In this document: piece after piece, positions 7,780-15,946 of the stretch
How the letters are laid out: every line of letters begins with the position of its first letter
Numbering within the stretch: the stretch's first letter is position 1
DNA from: a bacterium
Lineage (GTDB): Bacteria > Hydrothermota > 32-111
Length of the DNA stretch: 32,826 nt
Direction: 5' to 3'
Assembly (NCBI GenBank): GCA_050239825.1
Contig: JBFXGO010000027.1
Span: 1 to 32,826 of the forward strand
Position numbers and translations under genes: made by a program
Notes under the pieces: generated by a model
What the model was told of the DNA's origin: nothing
Database searches by the model: none
What the model saw: the letters and a program-made list of their open reading frames with translations, nothing else

Positions 7780-8777
7780 GTCTTAAATTATTTTCAGCGC
7801 AAGGCGCACGGCTCACGGCACAAGGTTCCTATATTGGAATACTATTAACTTTAGTTATCTCTCTTCTTTTTACTCTTGGGGTGTGCGGGGCGGGGACGGA
7901 GAACATACTTACTGATTTGGGATATAGCGCTGGAGAGACGGGTATGGGAGAGACGGGGTATTTTAGCAATGAGAGAGCTACGATAATAAAGACGAATGTG
8001 TCTGCATTGAGCATGATAGATAAAGTAAACATGGAGTGGACGCACACTGAATTGAATAATTCGCAATGGAATGATTATGTTGCGGTAGCAGTTCCGACAG
8101 AGGGTATAGGAATGAAACTGGGAATAGGGATGACATGGAACAGACTTTGGGTTGACGGGATACCATTGACTGAGGAGGGTGATACAATTGACGGTACGAA
8201 TTTTACTGAAATAATAAACAGCGGAACAGCCAATTATACTATGAATGAATATGGAATAGGCATAAGCGCCAACAAGGGAATAGTAAGCGCAGGAGCGCTT
8301 ATAAAATACAGTCACGGGAGCATAACGGATTATACAATGAATGGAATAGGAGTGGATGCCGGAGTGACAATAGCAAAGGATATAAATGCCGGAATACTCC
8401 AAACAGCAGGAATAATGATAGGAGCAAAGGATATAGGAGGAACAAGACTGTACTGGAATACAGGAACAGAGGAGAAGACGGATATGAAAGTGGAGATAGG
8501 CGCAGGAGTGGGACTGATAAAGACAGAGAATGACAATAGTATGCTAAATTTAGAAGGAGCAGTAAGCAGAAGATTTATGGGAAGCAGTGAGATGGAGATA
8601 AAAGGCGGAGCTGAACTTTATATACTTCCAATAGTGCCTATAAGAGTGGGATACAAAGGAGATGCCATAACAGCCGGAATAGGAATAGAGACAGAAAAGA
8701 TTAGAGTTGATTACAGCATTTCCGACAAAGCGGATATAGAACCGGTGCATAAAATCAGTTTGGGATTAAGCTTTTAG
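7776..8777 (+). CDS. Outer-membrane beta-barrel protein, PorV/PorQ-like
   Basis: RBS GAGGAGG; signal peptide; SAGETGMGE resembles the PorV-type A-A-GMG motif; IRVGY...AGIGI...RVDYS...HKISLGLSF C-terminal strands. Confidence 0.7.
   Translation: MSLKLFSAQGARLTAQGSYIGILLTLVISLLFTLGVCGAGTENILTDLGYSAGETGMGETGYFSNERATIIKTNVSALSMIDKVNMEWTHTELNNSQWNDYVAVAVPTEGIGMKLGIGMTWNRLWVDGIPLTEEGDTIDGTNFTEIINSGTANYTMNEYGIGISANKGIVSAGALIKYSHGSITDYTMNGIGVDAGVTIAKDINAGILQTAGIMIGAKDIGGTRLYWNTGTEEKTDMKVEIGAGVGLIKTENDNSMLNLEGAVSRRFMGSSEMEIKGGAELYILPIVPIRVGYKGDAITAGIGIETEKIRVDYSISDKADIEPVHKISLGLSF
7797..7825 (+). repeat. C-rich 7-mer block in the signal-peptide n-region
   Basis: GCGCAAG GCGCACG GCTCACG GCACAAG G, encoding AQGARLTAQG; complementary to the blocks at 7030-7270. 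Confidence 0.85.
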
Positions 8778-9066
8778 CGAAGACGCACCGATAAAGAGGC
8801 CGTGGGCCGTGGGCCGTGAACAAGATAAAGAGGCCGTGAGCCATGTGCCGTGCGCCTTGAGCTTCGGAGCAGGAGAAGACAAATACAAGATGAGACCGTG
8901 AGCGAAACAAAAGAGTTAATAGTTAATGGTTTATAGTTGAAGAAAGAAAAAAATACGCTGGTGGGCTGGGAAAAGAAGCCATGAGCCGTGTGCCGTGTGC
9001 CAGGAGCAAGAAAAGAGACAGAAAAAAAGAATCCGGGGGCAAGAAAAGTTGAAAGTTAATAGTTGA
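8777..9066 (+). repeat. Intergenic G-rich repeat tract (GCCGTGR 7-mers, AGTTAAT 7-mers, GCTGGTGG 8-mer)
   Basis: GCCGTGG GCCGTGG GCCGTGA; AGAGTTAATAGTTAATGGTTTATAGTTGA; TACGCTGGTGGGCTGG; AGTTGAAAGTTAATAGTTGAA. A 43-bp stretch at 8861-8903 is identical to 7217-7259. Confidence 0.9.
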
Positions 9067-9147
9067 AATGCAGGAGCAAGAACAAAGAATAAGACGAATG
9101 ATAAAACAAAGAGCCGGAGAAAGGACAAAAATAGAAGACAATATGAT

Positions 9148-9936
9148 ATGAATAAGAAAAAACAGATACAAATAATTGCAATAGCTTTTTTGATGATTCT
9201 TTTTCAGGGGTGTTTAGGTGAAAATTACGGAATAAGATTGAAAGATATAAGAACTGAGCACCTTGAAACAATAGAGACAGCATCGGGATTTGACGATTTG
9301 ATGGTTGAAGGCGGAATAATCATATTGGGAGAGAAAAACACAGGAGAATTGAGGATATATACAAAGAGCAGTGTAGAGACGAAAAAGATTGATCCATATA
9401 CACAAATAGTTTTAAGAAACGGAGAAATATATTACAAATCCGTATATAATTGGAATTATTATAGAGAGAGTATTACAGATGAAAACAGAGTAAAGATTTC
9501 TGAAATTCTCGGAAGTGAAATGATAATTCCATTGGGAAAGAGAGATTATATTTTATATAATCCGAATACGGGTGAGATAAAGGAGAATATCGGAGGAATA
9601 GAACGAATTTATATGATTGAAGGAGAATCGGGAGGATTTAATAAGGTAAAAATATCCCGAAATGTTATCTTGAAATATAATGGAAATAGAGTTGAGGCAA
9701 TAAATTTTATGGGATATACGGAGAGCATTTTCAATGTGGGAGAGGTAAAGGATTTTGAAATGACCGAAGCAGGATTGCTATATCTTAGAGAGAACGGATT
9801 GTATATAAAAGACAATAGAGGAGATGAAAAGAAAATAACAGAGACCGCTGGAGATAGACTGGCATATACGAATGGAAGAGTTTTAGTTTATGATTTATCC
9901 GAAGGCAGACTGATATCAATAAATATTTATTGGTAA
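9148..9936 (+). CDS. Putative lipoprotein, beta-rich hypothetical protein
   Basis: Basic n-region, hydrophobic h-region, lipobox-like FQG-C; 262-aa ORF with tract-typical codon usage. Confidence 0.65.
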   Translation: MNKKKQIQIIAIAFLMILFQGCLGENYGIRLKDIRTEHLETIETASGFDDLMVEGGIIILGEKNTGELRIYTKSSVETKKIDPYTQIVLRNGEIYYKSVYNWNYYRESITDENRVKISEILGSEMIIPLGKRDYILYNPNTGEIKENIGGIERIYMIEGESGGFNKVKISRNVILKYNGNRVEAINFMGYTESIFNVGEVKDFEMTEAGLLYLRENGLYIKDNRGDEKKITETAGDRLAYTNGRVLVYDLSEGRLISINIYW

Positions 9937-12461
9937 TAATAGCGATACTCTTGGCAGGGAGACTCTTTCCTGACGAGACAAAAGAGATTCCGGTAGAGGA
10001 GCCGAAGAGCGAGTATATTGAGATAGACGGAGAGCAGAGCTTCAGTTATGTGAGCAGAGAGATAGTAAGCGGTAGTGTGTCTGATTATTATCCTTATAAG
10101 AACAGAGAATACAATCTTGATCTTACAATAAGAGGAAAACTTGCAGATGATGTGACAATTGAGGGCTATGTAAAAAATGACAGCAGAATTGAAACCAGTG
10201 ATTATATAAATATAAAAGCATACGGCAGAGATTGGGAATGTGAAGCGGGAAACTCGGAAAACATAGGATATGACGACACATATAAAAACAGCAAGATAAT
10301 AACAATGAAGGGCCGATATAGTGTGGAAAAGTGGGATGCAAATGCAGGAGTGGGAATGCCGCAGGGAGAATATTACAGAGAATATTTTAAAGGCGACAAT
10401 ACGCAGGGTCCGTATCAATTAGCAAATATACCCGTGATACAAATGACCGAAAAGATAACACTGATGGATAATACCGGAGAGAGAGAACTTTTAAACGGAA
10501 AAGATTATACGATTGATTACAGGTTGGGAAAGATAAAGATGAATGAGATACTGCGCGATGATCAGAGGATAGAAGTGGAGTATTATAAAGAGAGTGTTTT
10601 GGGAATGAGCAGAGTTGATTACACAATAAACGGCAATTTGAAGACGAAGTATGTTTATGGAGGAATCGGTGCAGGTGGAGTCTATACAAGAGCGGACACA
10701 CTGACTGACAGTTTAACAGAGGATTATTATGTTTTAAGCGGAAAACTGGGAGCAAAGATAGACGACAGAAACTACGCTGAGACAGTGTGCATGACAAACA
10801 TACAAGACAAAGATGACGGATACAATTTCACAGGAAACGGAATAATGGCGCGTGCCGGAATACGAGCGGGAGTGTTAAAAGCGAGTGGAGACATGTACAA
10901 GAAGATAGGCGATTTTAAAAGAATAGGTGAAGTGGAAAATATAGAAAATACGGTTATAAATACACTGGTAGAGGTGAATTTGACCGAGTTGAGCAGTATA
11001 TCCGCAGAGTATAACAGAAAATATGATGATACCTCAAATGACAGGAGTATAAAGGCAGGAGCAAATGTCAACCTCAACAGATTCGGCGCCATAGATTATA
11101 TGCACACGGATAATTACAGTATTATGAATACCGGAGACAATACGAAATATAAAGGCAATGGCATAAGATACGAGAATGAGTTTAAGAAGAATGAGTTTTA
11201 TCTGCAGGGAGATATAGGAAAGAGAGAGACATTGAGCGATACGGTTTATGGAGAGTATCAGACAGAGAAAATTGAATTTAATGACAAATATGGAGTAAAT
11301 GATAGGATAAATATAAGCGGCGGAGCGAACGGAGAGTGCAGGGAATATGCTGATGGGGATAAATACAATTACGGAGTGAATGCGGCAATGCAGATTAAGA
11401 CAGGGGAGAGCTTTAATGCGAACTTGACAGGCAATTATTTATACACGGAGGATGCAAGCATATATACTGTCTCCGGAAATACAGGTTGGAAATTCAAGAA
11501 CTATATAAAAATGAATTCAAAAATTAACACTGAGGTAAACAGAAGGTATTTAACCGATGATACAATATCGGAAAGGGAGATAAAATACAATATAAGCAAT
11601 GTAATAAACTCCACACCGTTTCAGAATGTAAATCTGGGTCTGAACAGTAATATTATACTTTCTGAAGGGTTGGAGAGCGGATTCATGTATCAAAGGAATT
11701 ATGTTAACGGAGGTTTTGCTTCAATAGGGACAAAGGCGGGACAGATAACTCTGGAGGCAGGCAATGGCAAGTATGTGAATTATTCAAATACGATTGAAAA
11801 TAATCTGTTGTCGGATAATGTGAGATATTATATAAACACTACATTGATTCCCAAGAAGATAGGCGACTATACTGTGCGTTTGACTGAAAAATATGCGTAT
11901 AACAACGGACTGACGATGAGCTATATTCCGATATCATATACTGATGAAGTGGACACTGTTTCAAATGAAGTAAATCAAAGAGATTTGGAATTAGGTTTAA
12001 ATGCAGGAAGGGTATTCAATGTGGGAAGAGTCAATGCAGGATATGATTATATTTACAATATAAAAACGATACCCGATTCAATACCTGTTGATGCTTACTC
12101 GCACAAGGGGTATATGGATTTAAGAAGAAGTATTTTTAGCGGCCTTGACATAACAGGCAGATTTACTCTGGAGAAGAGAATAGGAATAGATCCCGACATA
12201 GAGAGAACGGAAGACAAGATGAATGTTCTGATAGTGACTCCGGAAGCGGGAATATATTATTCACTCAGCGGCTACGGAAACGCAGGGGCCGTCTATTCGA
12301 CATCATATTATTCAGGCACTTCCAGCCAAAACAGGCAGAAGATAGGGTTAAATGTTAATTTGGCAAGAGGATATTTCGAGGTTTCTGCAAGCTGTAATTA
12401 TCAGATAAGCAGGTATTACAAAATACTTGAATATGAATTCGGGCTTAAAGTGAAACTGTGA
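9930..12461 (+). CDS. Large outer-membrane beta-barrel protein with an SprA-like internal motif (start uncertain)
   Basis: 843 aa rich in Y/G/N alternating strands; NLDLTIRGKLADDVTIEG and LLNGKDYTIDYRLGKI motifs; C-terminal YEFGLKVKL strand. Confidence 0.6.
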   Translation: MVIIAILLAGRLFPDETKEIPVEEPKSEYIEIDGEQSFSYVSREIVSGSVSDYYPYKNREYNLDLTIRGKLADDVTIEGYVKNDSRIETSDYINIKAYGRDWECEAGNSENIGYDDTYKNSKIITMKGRYSVEKWDANAGVGMPQGEYYREYFKGDNTQGPYQLANIPVIQMTEKITLMDNTGERELLNGKDYTIDYRLGKIKMNEILRDDQRIEVEYYKESVLGMSRVDYTINGNLKTKYVYGGIGAGGVYTRADTLTDSLTEDYYVLSGKLGAKIDDRNYAETVCMTNIQDKDDGYNFTGNGIMARAGIRAGVLKASGDMYKKIGDFKRIGEVENIENTVINTLVEVNLTELSSISAEYNRKYDDTSNDRSIKAGANVNLNRFGAIDYMHTDNYSIMNTGDNTKYKGNGIRYENEFKKNEFYLQGDIGKRETLSDTVYGEYQTEKIEFNDKYGVNDRINISGGANGECREYADGDKYNYGVNAAMQIKTGESFNANLTGNYLYTEDASIYTVSGNTGWKFKNYIKMNSKINTEVNRRYLTDDTISEREIKYNISNVINSTPFQNVNLGLNSNIILSEGLESGFMYQRNYVNGGFASIGTKAGQITLEAGNGKYVNYSNTIENNLLSDNVRYYINTTLIPKKIGDYTVRLTEKYAYNNGLTMSYIPISYTDEVDTVSNEVNQRDLELGLNAGRVFNVGRVNAGYDYIYNIKTIPDSIPVDAYSHKGYMDLRRSIFSGLDITGRFTLEKRIGIDPDIERTEDKMNVLIVTPEAGIYYSLSGYGNAGAVYSTSYYSGTSSQNRQKIGLNVNLARGYFEVSASCNYQISRYYKILEYEFGLKVKL

Positions 12462-12477
12462 GCGAAACAAAAACAAA

Positions 12478-12522
12478 GAGTAAGCTGGTAAGCTGGTAAG
12501 CTGGTGGGCTGGTAAACTAGTA
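12478..12522 (+). repeat. G-rich 8-mer tandem block
   Basis: GTAA GCTGGTAA GCTGGTAA GCTGGTGG GCTGGTAA ACTAGTAA; same family as 6989-7020. Confidence 0.9.
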
Positions 12523-12563
12523 AGAGAAAGAAACAAAGAAGTCGTGGGCGAAAGAAAATATAT

Positions 12564-12591
12564 GTAGAGACAAGGCATGCCTTGTCTCTAC
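12564..12591. repeat. Perfect 28-bp GTAG-type REP-like palindrome
   Basis: GTAGAGACAAGGCA|TGCCTTGTCTCTAC is its own reverse complement. Confidence 0.85.
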
Positions 12592-12634
12592 GGAGACGGA
12601 TGAAGGAATCAGAGGCGGATAAAGATAAAAGCAC

Positions 12635-12662
12635 TTGACAAGATAAGGGTTATAAATATAAT
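12635..12662 (+). promoter_or_regulatory. sigma70-type promoter
   Basis: TTGACA (12635-12640), 16-nt spacer, TATAAT (12657-12662); RBS AGGAG before ATG 12694. Confidence 0.75.
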
Positions 12663-12693
12663 TATAAGTTAAATTAAAATAGGAGAAATTGTT

Positions 12694-13287
12694 ATGAAAA
12701 AGTTTCCGTTTCTTGAAATAGGCATTGTAGTTGCGGCGGGAATACTGCTTTACATACTCATATATCCGGGTTATGTAAAATCAAAATCCTTGAACCAGAA
12801 GTATGATGTCATCTCAAACATATACGCGGTAAAGACTGCCTATGAAATGTATTCAACGCTTGACAATAACGGAGTTCTTCCAGATAATGTAAACGGAAAA
12901 ATGGTAGAGTATTTGAATACATTCGGAGTGAAGAATCCTTACACCAATGCGCCCTATACTCTTGAAGATTTGAAGGTTTACTCTCTTGAAAATCCCATAG
13001 AGGTTGCCGACAATACTCTTTCGGGCAAGCATGGCCTGCAGAGAGGTAATCCCGGCACATTCGGAATAGGAATATACATCCCCGACTATACAACATACAA
13101 ACAGCTTGCCGAGAAGAAAGACAAGACAAAAGAAGAGAAGAAGGCATTTGACAAGATGGTTCTTGAAGTCAGGAAGTACACGGTTCTCGGTTTCGGTTCT
13201 GATTCCATACCGATTTCAATGAAGGATATGTCGGAAGAGAAGGACGAGGTCTATTACCTCATAGGCGAAAAGACCGCATTGGAATAG
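12694..13287 (+). CDS. Membrane-anchored type IV pilin/pseudopilin-like protein
   Basis: MKK-FPFLEIGIVVAAGILLYILIYPGY has F1, E5 and P22 spacing followed by an amphipathic helix, but no Gly at -1. Confidence 0.5.
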   Translation: MKKFPFLEIGIVVAAGILLYILIYPGYVKSKSLNQKYDVISNIYAVKTAYEMYSTLDNNGVLPDNVNGKMVEYLNTFGVKNPYTNAPYTLEDLKVYSLENPIEVADNTLSGKHGLQRGNPGTFGIGIYIPDYTTYKQLAEKKDKTKEEKKAFDKMVLEVRKYTVLGFGSDSIPISMKDMSEEKDEVYYLIGEKTALE

Positions 13288-13295
13288 GATTTATT

Positions 13296-14117
13296 TTAGT
13301 AGTTCTCTATATTGATTCTGAATACTTTGCTGTCAATCTTCTGTTTTAAGAACCTTGATGCAATTTTACTGAAATTTCTGGGGATGTCGGATAAATAAAA
13401 TCTGATGTCCCCTTTTTTATTTCCAGCATTCAGCATATTTTGATCTTCAAGCATGCTTTTAACAGTGCGCGCCGTCTGTCTTGCAGAATTTACAATCTGC
13501 ACTTCATCGCCTGCTATCTTTTGAATCTTTTTTTCAAATAGCGGATAGTGTGTGCAGCCGAGTATCAGAGCGTCAATATCCTTTGATAAAAGCTTTGACA
13601 GATAATCCTTCAGGATTATCTCGGTTGCCTGGCTTTCTATAAGACCCTCTTCAGCAAGAGGAACGAGAAGGGGAGTCGCTAAGGAGAAAACCTTGTGCTG
13701 TCTGTTGAATTTCTTTATTATTCTGCCGTAAGCTCCGGATTCTATAGTCGCCGCTGTCCCTATGACCCCTATCCGTTTTTTCCTTGTTATCTGCGATGCA
13801 TACATCGCATTCGGAAGAAGCACATCAACGAAAGGAACATCAAAGCTCTCTCTGAGAAGGTTCATGGCATTTGAAGATACTGTGTTGCATGCAACAACAA
13901 TCATTTTAACATCCATTGATTTGAGGAATGCCGAATCCTGCAGAGCGAACCTTTTTATTGTCTCCGGCGATTTGCTGCCGTATGGAACCCTTGCAGTGTC
14001 TCCGAAATATATTATGTTTTCATTAGGCAGATGCCTTACAACCTCTTTTAAGACTGTGAGGCCTCCGACTCCGGAATCAAAAATCCCTATAGGTTTATTT
14101 TGAATTTTTTTGTTCAT
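13296..14117 (-). CDS. murI: Glutamate racemase
   Basis: IGIFDSGVGGLTV, DTARVPYGSKS, VVACNT, ILGCTHYP. Confidence 0.98.
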   Translation of the reverse strand: MNKKIQNKPIGIFDSGVGGLTVLKEVVRHLPNENIIYFGDTARVPYGSKSPETIKRFALQDSAFLKSMDVKMIVVACNTVSSNAMNLLRESFDVPFVDVLLPNAMYASQITRKKRIGVIGTAATIESGAYGRIIKKFNRQHKVFSLATPLLVPLAEEGLIESQATEIILKDYLSKLLSKDIDALILGCTHYPLFEKKIQKIAGDEVQIVNSARQTARTVKSMLEDQNMLNAGNKKGDIRFYLSDIPRNFSKIASRFLKQKIDSKVFRINIENY

Positions 14118-15531
14118 GTTCTTTTATGTATCTCACGAGTCCGTTATATATGAGCTGAGCCATCTCCTGCCTGTAATCCTTGCTTTTGAGTTTCTTCTCC
14201 TCTTCCTTGTTTGAAATGAATGCAGTTTCTACAAGCACTGCGGGCATGTAATTCCCTTTCAGGACATAGAATCCCGCCTGTTTGAGTCCTCTATTTTCTG
14301 CTTTGTATTTCTTTTCATACTCTGTCTGAATGAATTCCGCAAGACGGCTTGATGCGGTCAAAAACTCATTCTGCGCAAGGTCCCAAAGTATGAAATCCAA
14401 ACCCTTTCTCTCCTCCTCCGGCAAATCAAAAGTCAGAGAAGAATTTTCTCTTGCTTCCACAGCCCTTTCCCAATCGGTTTTTGCGTTTGACAGAAAGTAT
14501 GTTTCAAAACCTTTGGAACTCTTGTTTTTTGATGCATTGCAGTGAATCGAGATAAACAGGCTGTTTGGGTACTTGTTGGCAAGCTGAGTGCGCTGTGCAA
14601 GAGAGACGAACTCATCCTTATCTCTTGTGAGGACAACATCAAGGTTTTTGCATCCAGCGTTAATAAGCTTCTTCAGCCTCAAAGCCATGTCAAGGTTCAT
14701 TGTCTTCTCCTGAAGGCCTGATGGTCCTATAGCGCCGGGATCTTTTCCGCCATGCCCTGCATCTATGATTATGGTTTTGAGAGTTGAAATATTATGCAGT
14801 GTGTCTGTCTTGGCTCTCTTGACGAATGACAGGATTATAGAGTCTGCAAGAGAATTTGACTTAGAGAATTGAAATTCCGGAGCGTATGTTATAATGACTG
14901 TTGCTTCGCTCTTTTCGTTTGACGGTTCAAGAACCCTGATGAGTTTTTTTGAATTTTTAATTCTGAATTTATTCTCGTCAACGAATGTATTTTTAAGGAA
15001 GAGGATTATATCCCGTTCTCCTGTTTCAATAGTGAAATTAGGTTTTCCGTTCAATACTATTTTTATTTCATTCTCTTTTTCATCTATTGATTTAACTTTT
15101 AAAACCGACTTTACAATAAGTTTATTCTGCTCATACAGAGTGTTTTCAGGGAGTATCTTTTCAAAAACCGTCTTAACCGATGAAAGAGGGAAGAGGATAA
15201 GCTCTTTGCTGTAAACCGGAGCATGCGCCATCTTAAAGATGCTTCCGGCATTTTTGTAGAAGGGGCTGTTTATAAGAAGTATAACATAGCTTTTCTCGGT
15301 CTCTATTCTATACTCTTCCTGCGTCTTTTTAAAATTGGTAAGCAGAGAGAGTGACGAAGCGAGTATGTTGAGGTCTACATACTTGATGCTGTCTATTGAG
15401 TAAACATAAAGAGAATCAATCTTCTCATTATTTTCGACAAGGAAGTACTCATCGGAAAACAATGAAGAAAATAATAGAAATAAAATCAAACTAAGTGCGA
15501 ATTTTATTTTCACGCTCCGTATCCCTTTCAA
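14095..15531 (-). CDS. N-acetylmuramoyl-L-alanine amidase (Amidase_3; start may be GTG 15513)
   Basis: IIIDAGHGGKDPGA, LTRDKD, FISIHCNA, MPAVLVETAFISN; N-terminal signal peptide. Confidence 0.95.
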   Translation of the reverse strand: MKGIRSVKIKFALSLILFLLFSSLFSDEYFLVENNEKIDSLYVYSIDSIKYVDLNILASSLSLLTNFKKTQEEYRIETEKSYVILLINSPFYKNAGSIFKMAHAPVYSKELILFPLSSVKTVFEKILPENTLYEQNKLIVKSVLKVKSIDEKENEIKIVLNGKPNFTIETGERDIILFLKNTFVDENKFRIKNSKKLIRVLEPSNEKSEATVIITYAPEFQFSKSNSLADSIILSFVKRAKTDTLHNISTLKTIIIDAGHGGKDPGAIGPSGLQEKTMNLDMALRLKKLINAGCKNLDVVLTRDKDEFVSLAQRTQLANKYPNSLFISIHCNASKNKSSKGFETYFLSNAKTDWERAVEARENSSLTFDLPEEERKGLDFILWDLAQNEFLTASSRLAEFIQTEYEKKYKAENRGLKQAGFYVLKGNYMPAVLVETAFISNKEEEKKLKSKDYRQEMAQLIYNGLVRYIKEHEQKNSK

Positions 15532-15946
15532 AATCTCTCCTTTTTATTGTCTCTCTCTTGTCGAACATCTTCTTGCCTTTGCAGAGAGCAAGTTTCAACT
15601 TGACAATATTCCTTTCATTCAAGTATATCTCAATAGGAATTAAAGTCAAACCTTTTTCTTCAATTTTCTTCAGCAGTCGCTTTATCTGATTTCTGTGCAT
15701 CAGAAGTTTTCTTTCCCTGTTGGTTATAATCTTTGTGTGCGTTCCGAAAGGATTTGCGTCAATGTTCATGTTGATTATATATGCTTCAAAGCTTTCTCTG
15801 TCGATTCTTGCGTAGGATTCTTTAAGAGAGACAGCACCCTTTCTGATTGATTTGACTTCGTCTCCCAAAAGCACGATGCCTGATTCAATATCCTCCTCTA
15901 TTTCATAGTCAAAGTATGCTTTCTTATTTTTTTGTATGATTTTCAT
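15491..15946 (-). CDS. smpB: SsrA-binding protein
   Basis: NKKAYFDYEI, GIVLLGDEVKSIR, RERKLLMHR, KGKKMFDKRETIKRRD. Confidence 0.98.
   Translation of the reverse strand: MKIIQKNKKAYFDYEIEEDIESGIVLLGDEVKSIRKGAVSLKESYARIDRESFEAYIINMNIDANPFGTHTKIITNRERKLLMHRNQIKRLLKKIEEKGLTLIPIEIYLNERNIVKLKLALCKGKKMFDKRETIKRRDFERDTERENKIRT

Noticed and set aside
1926..12600. Integron cassette array with attC sites
   Set aside because: No integron integrase, no recurring RYYYAAC...GTTRRRY palindromes, and several genes abut or overlap.
15491..15946. tmRNA (ssrA), tRNA or rRNA genes near smpB or elsewhere
   Set aside because: smpB overlaps both neighbours, and no tRNA-like or rRNA sequence was recognised in any spacer.
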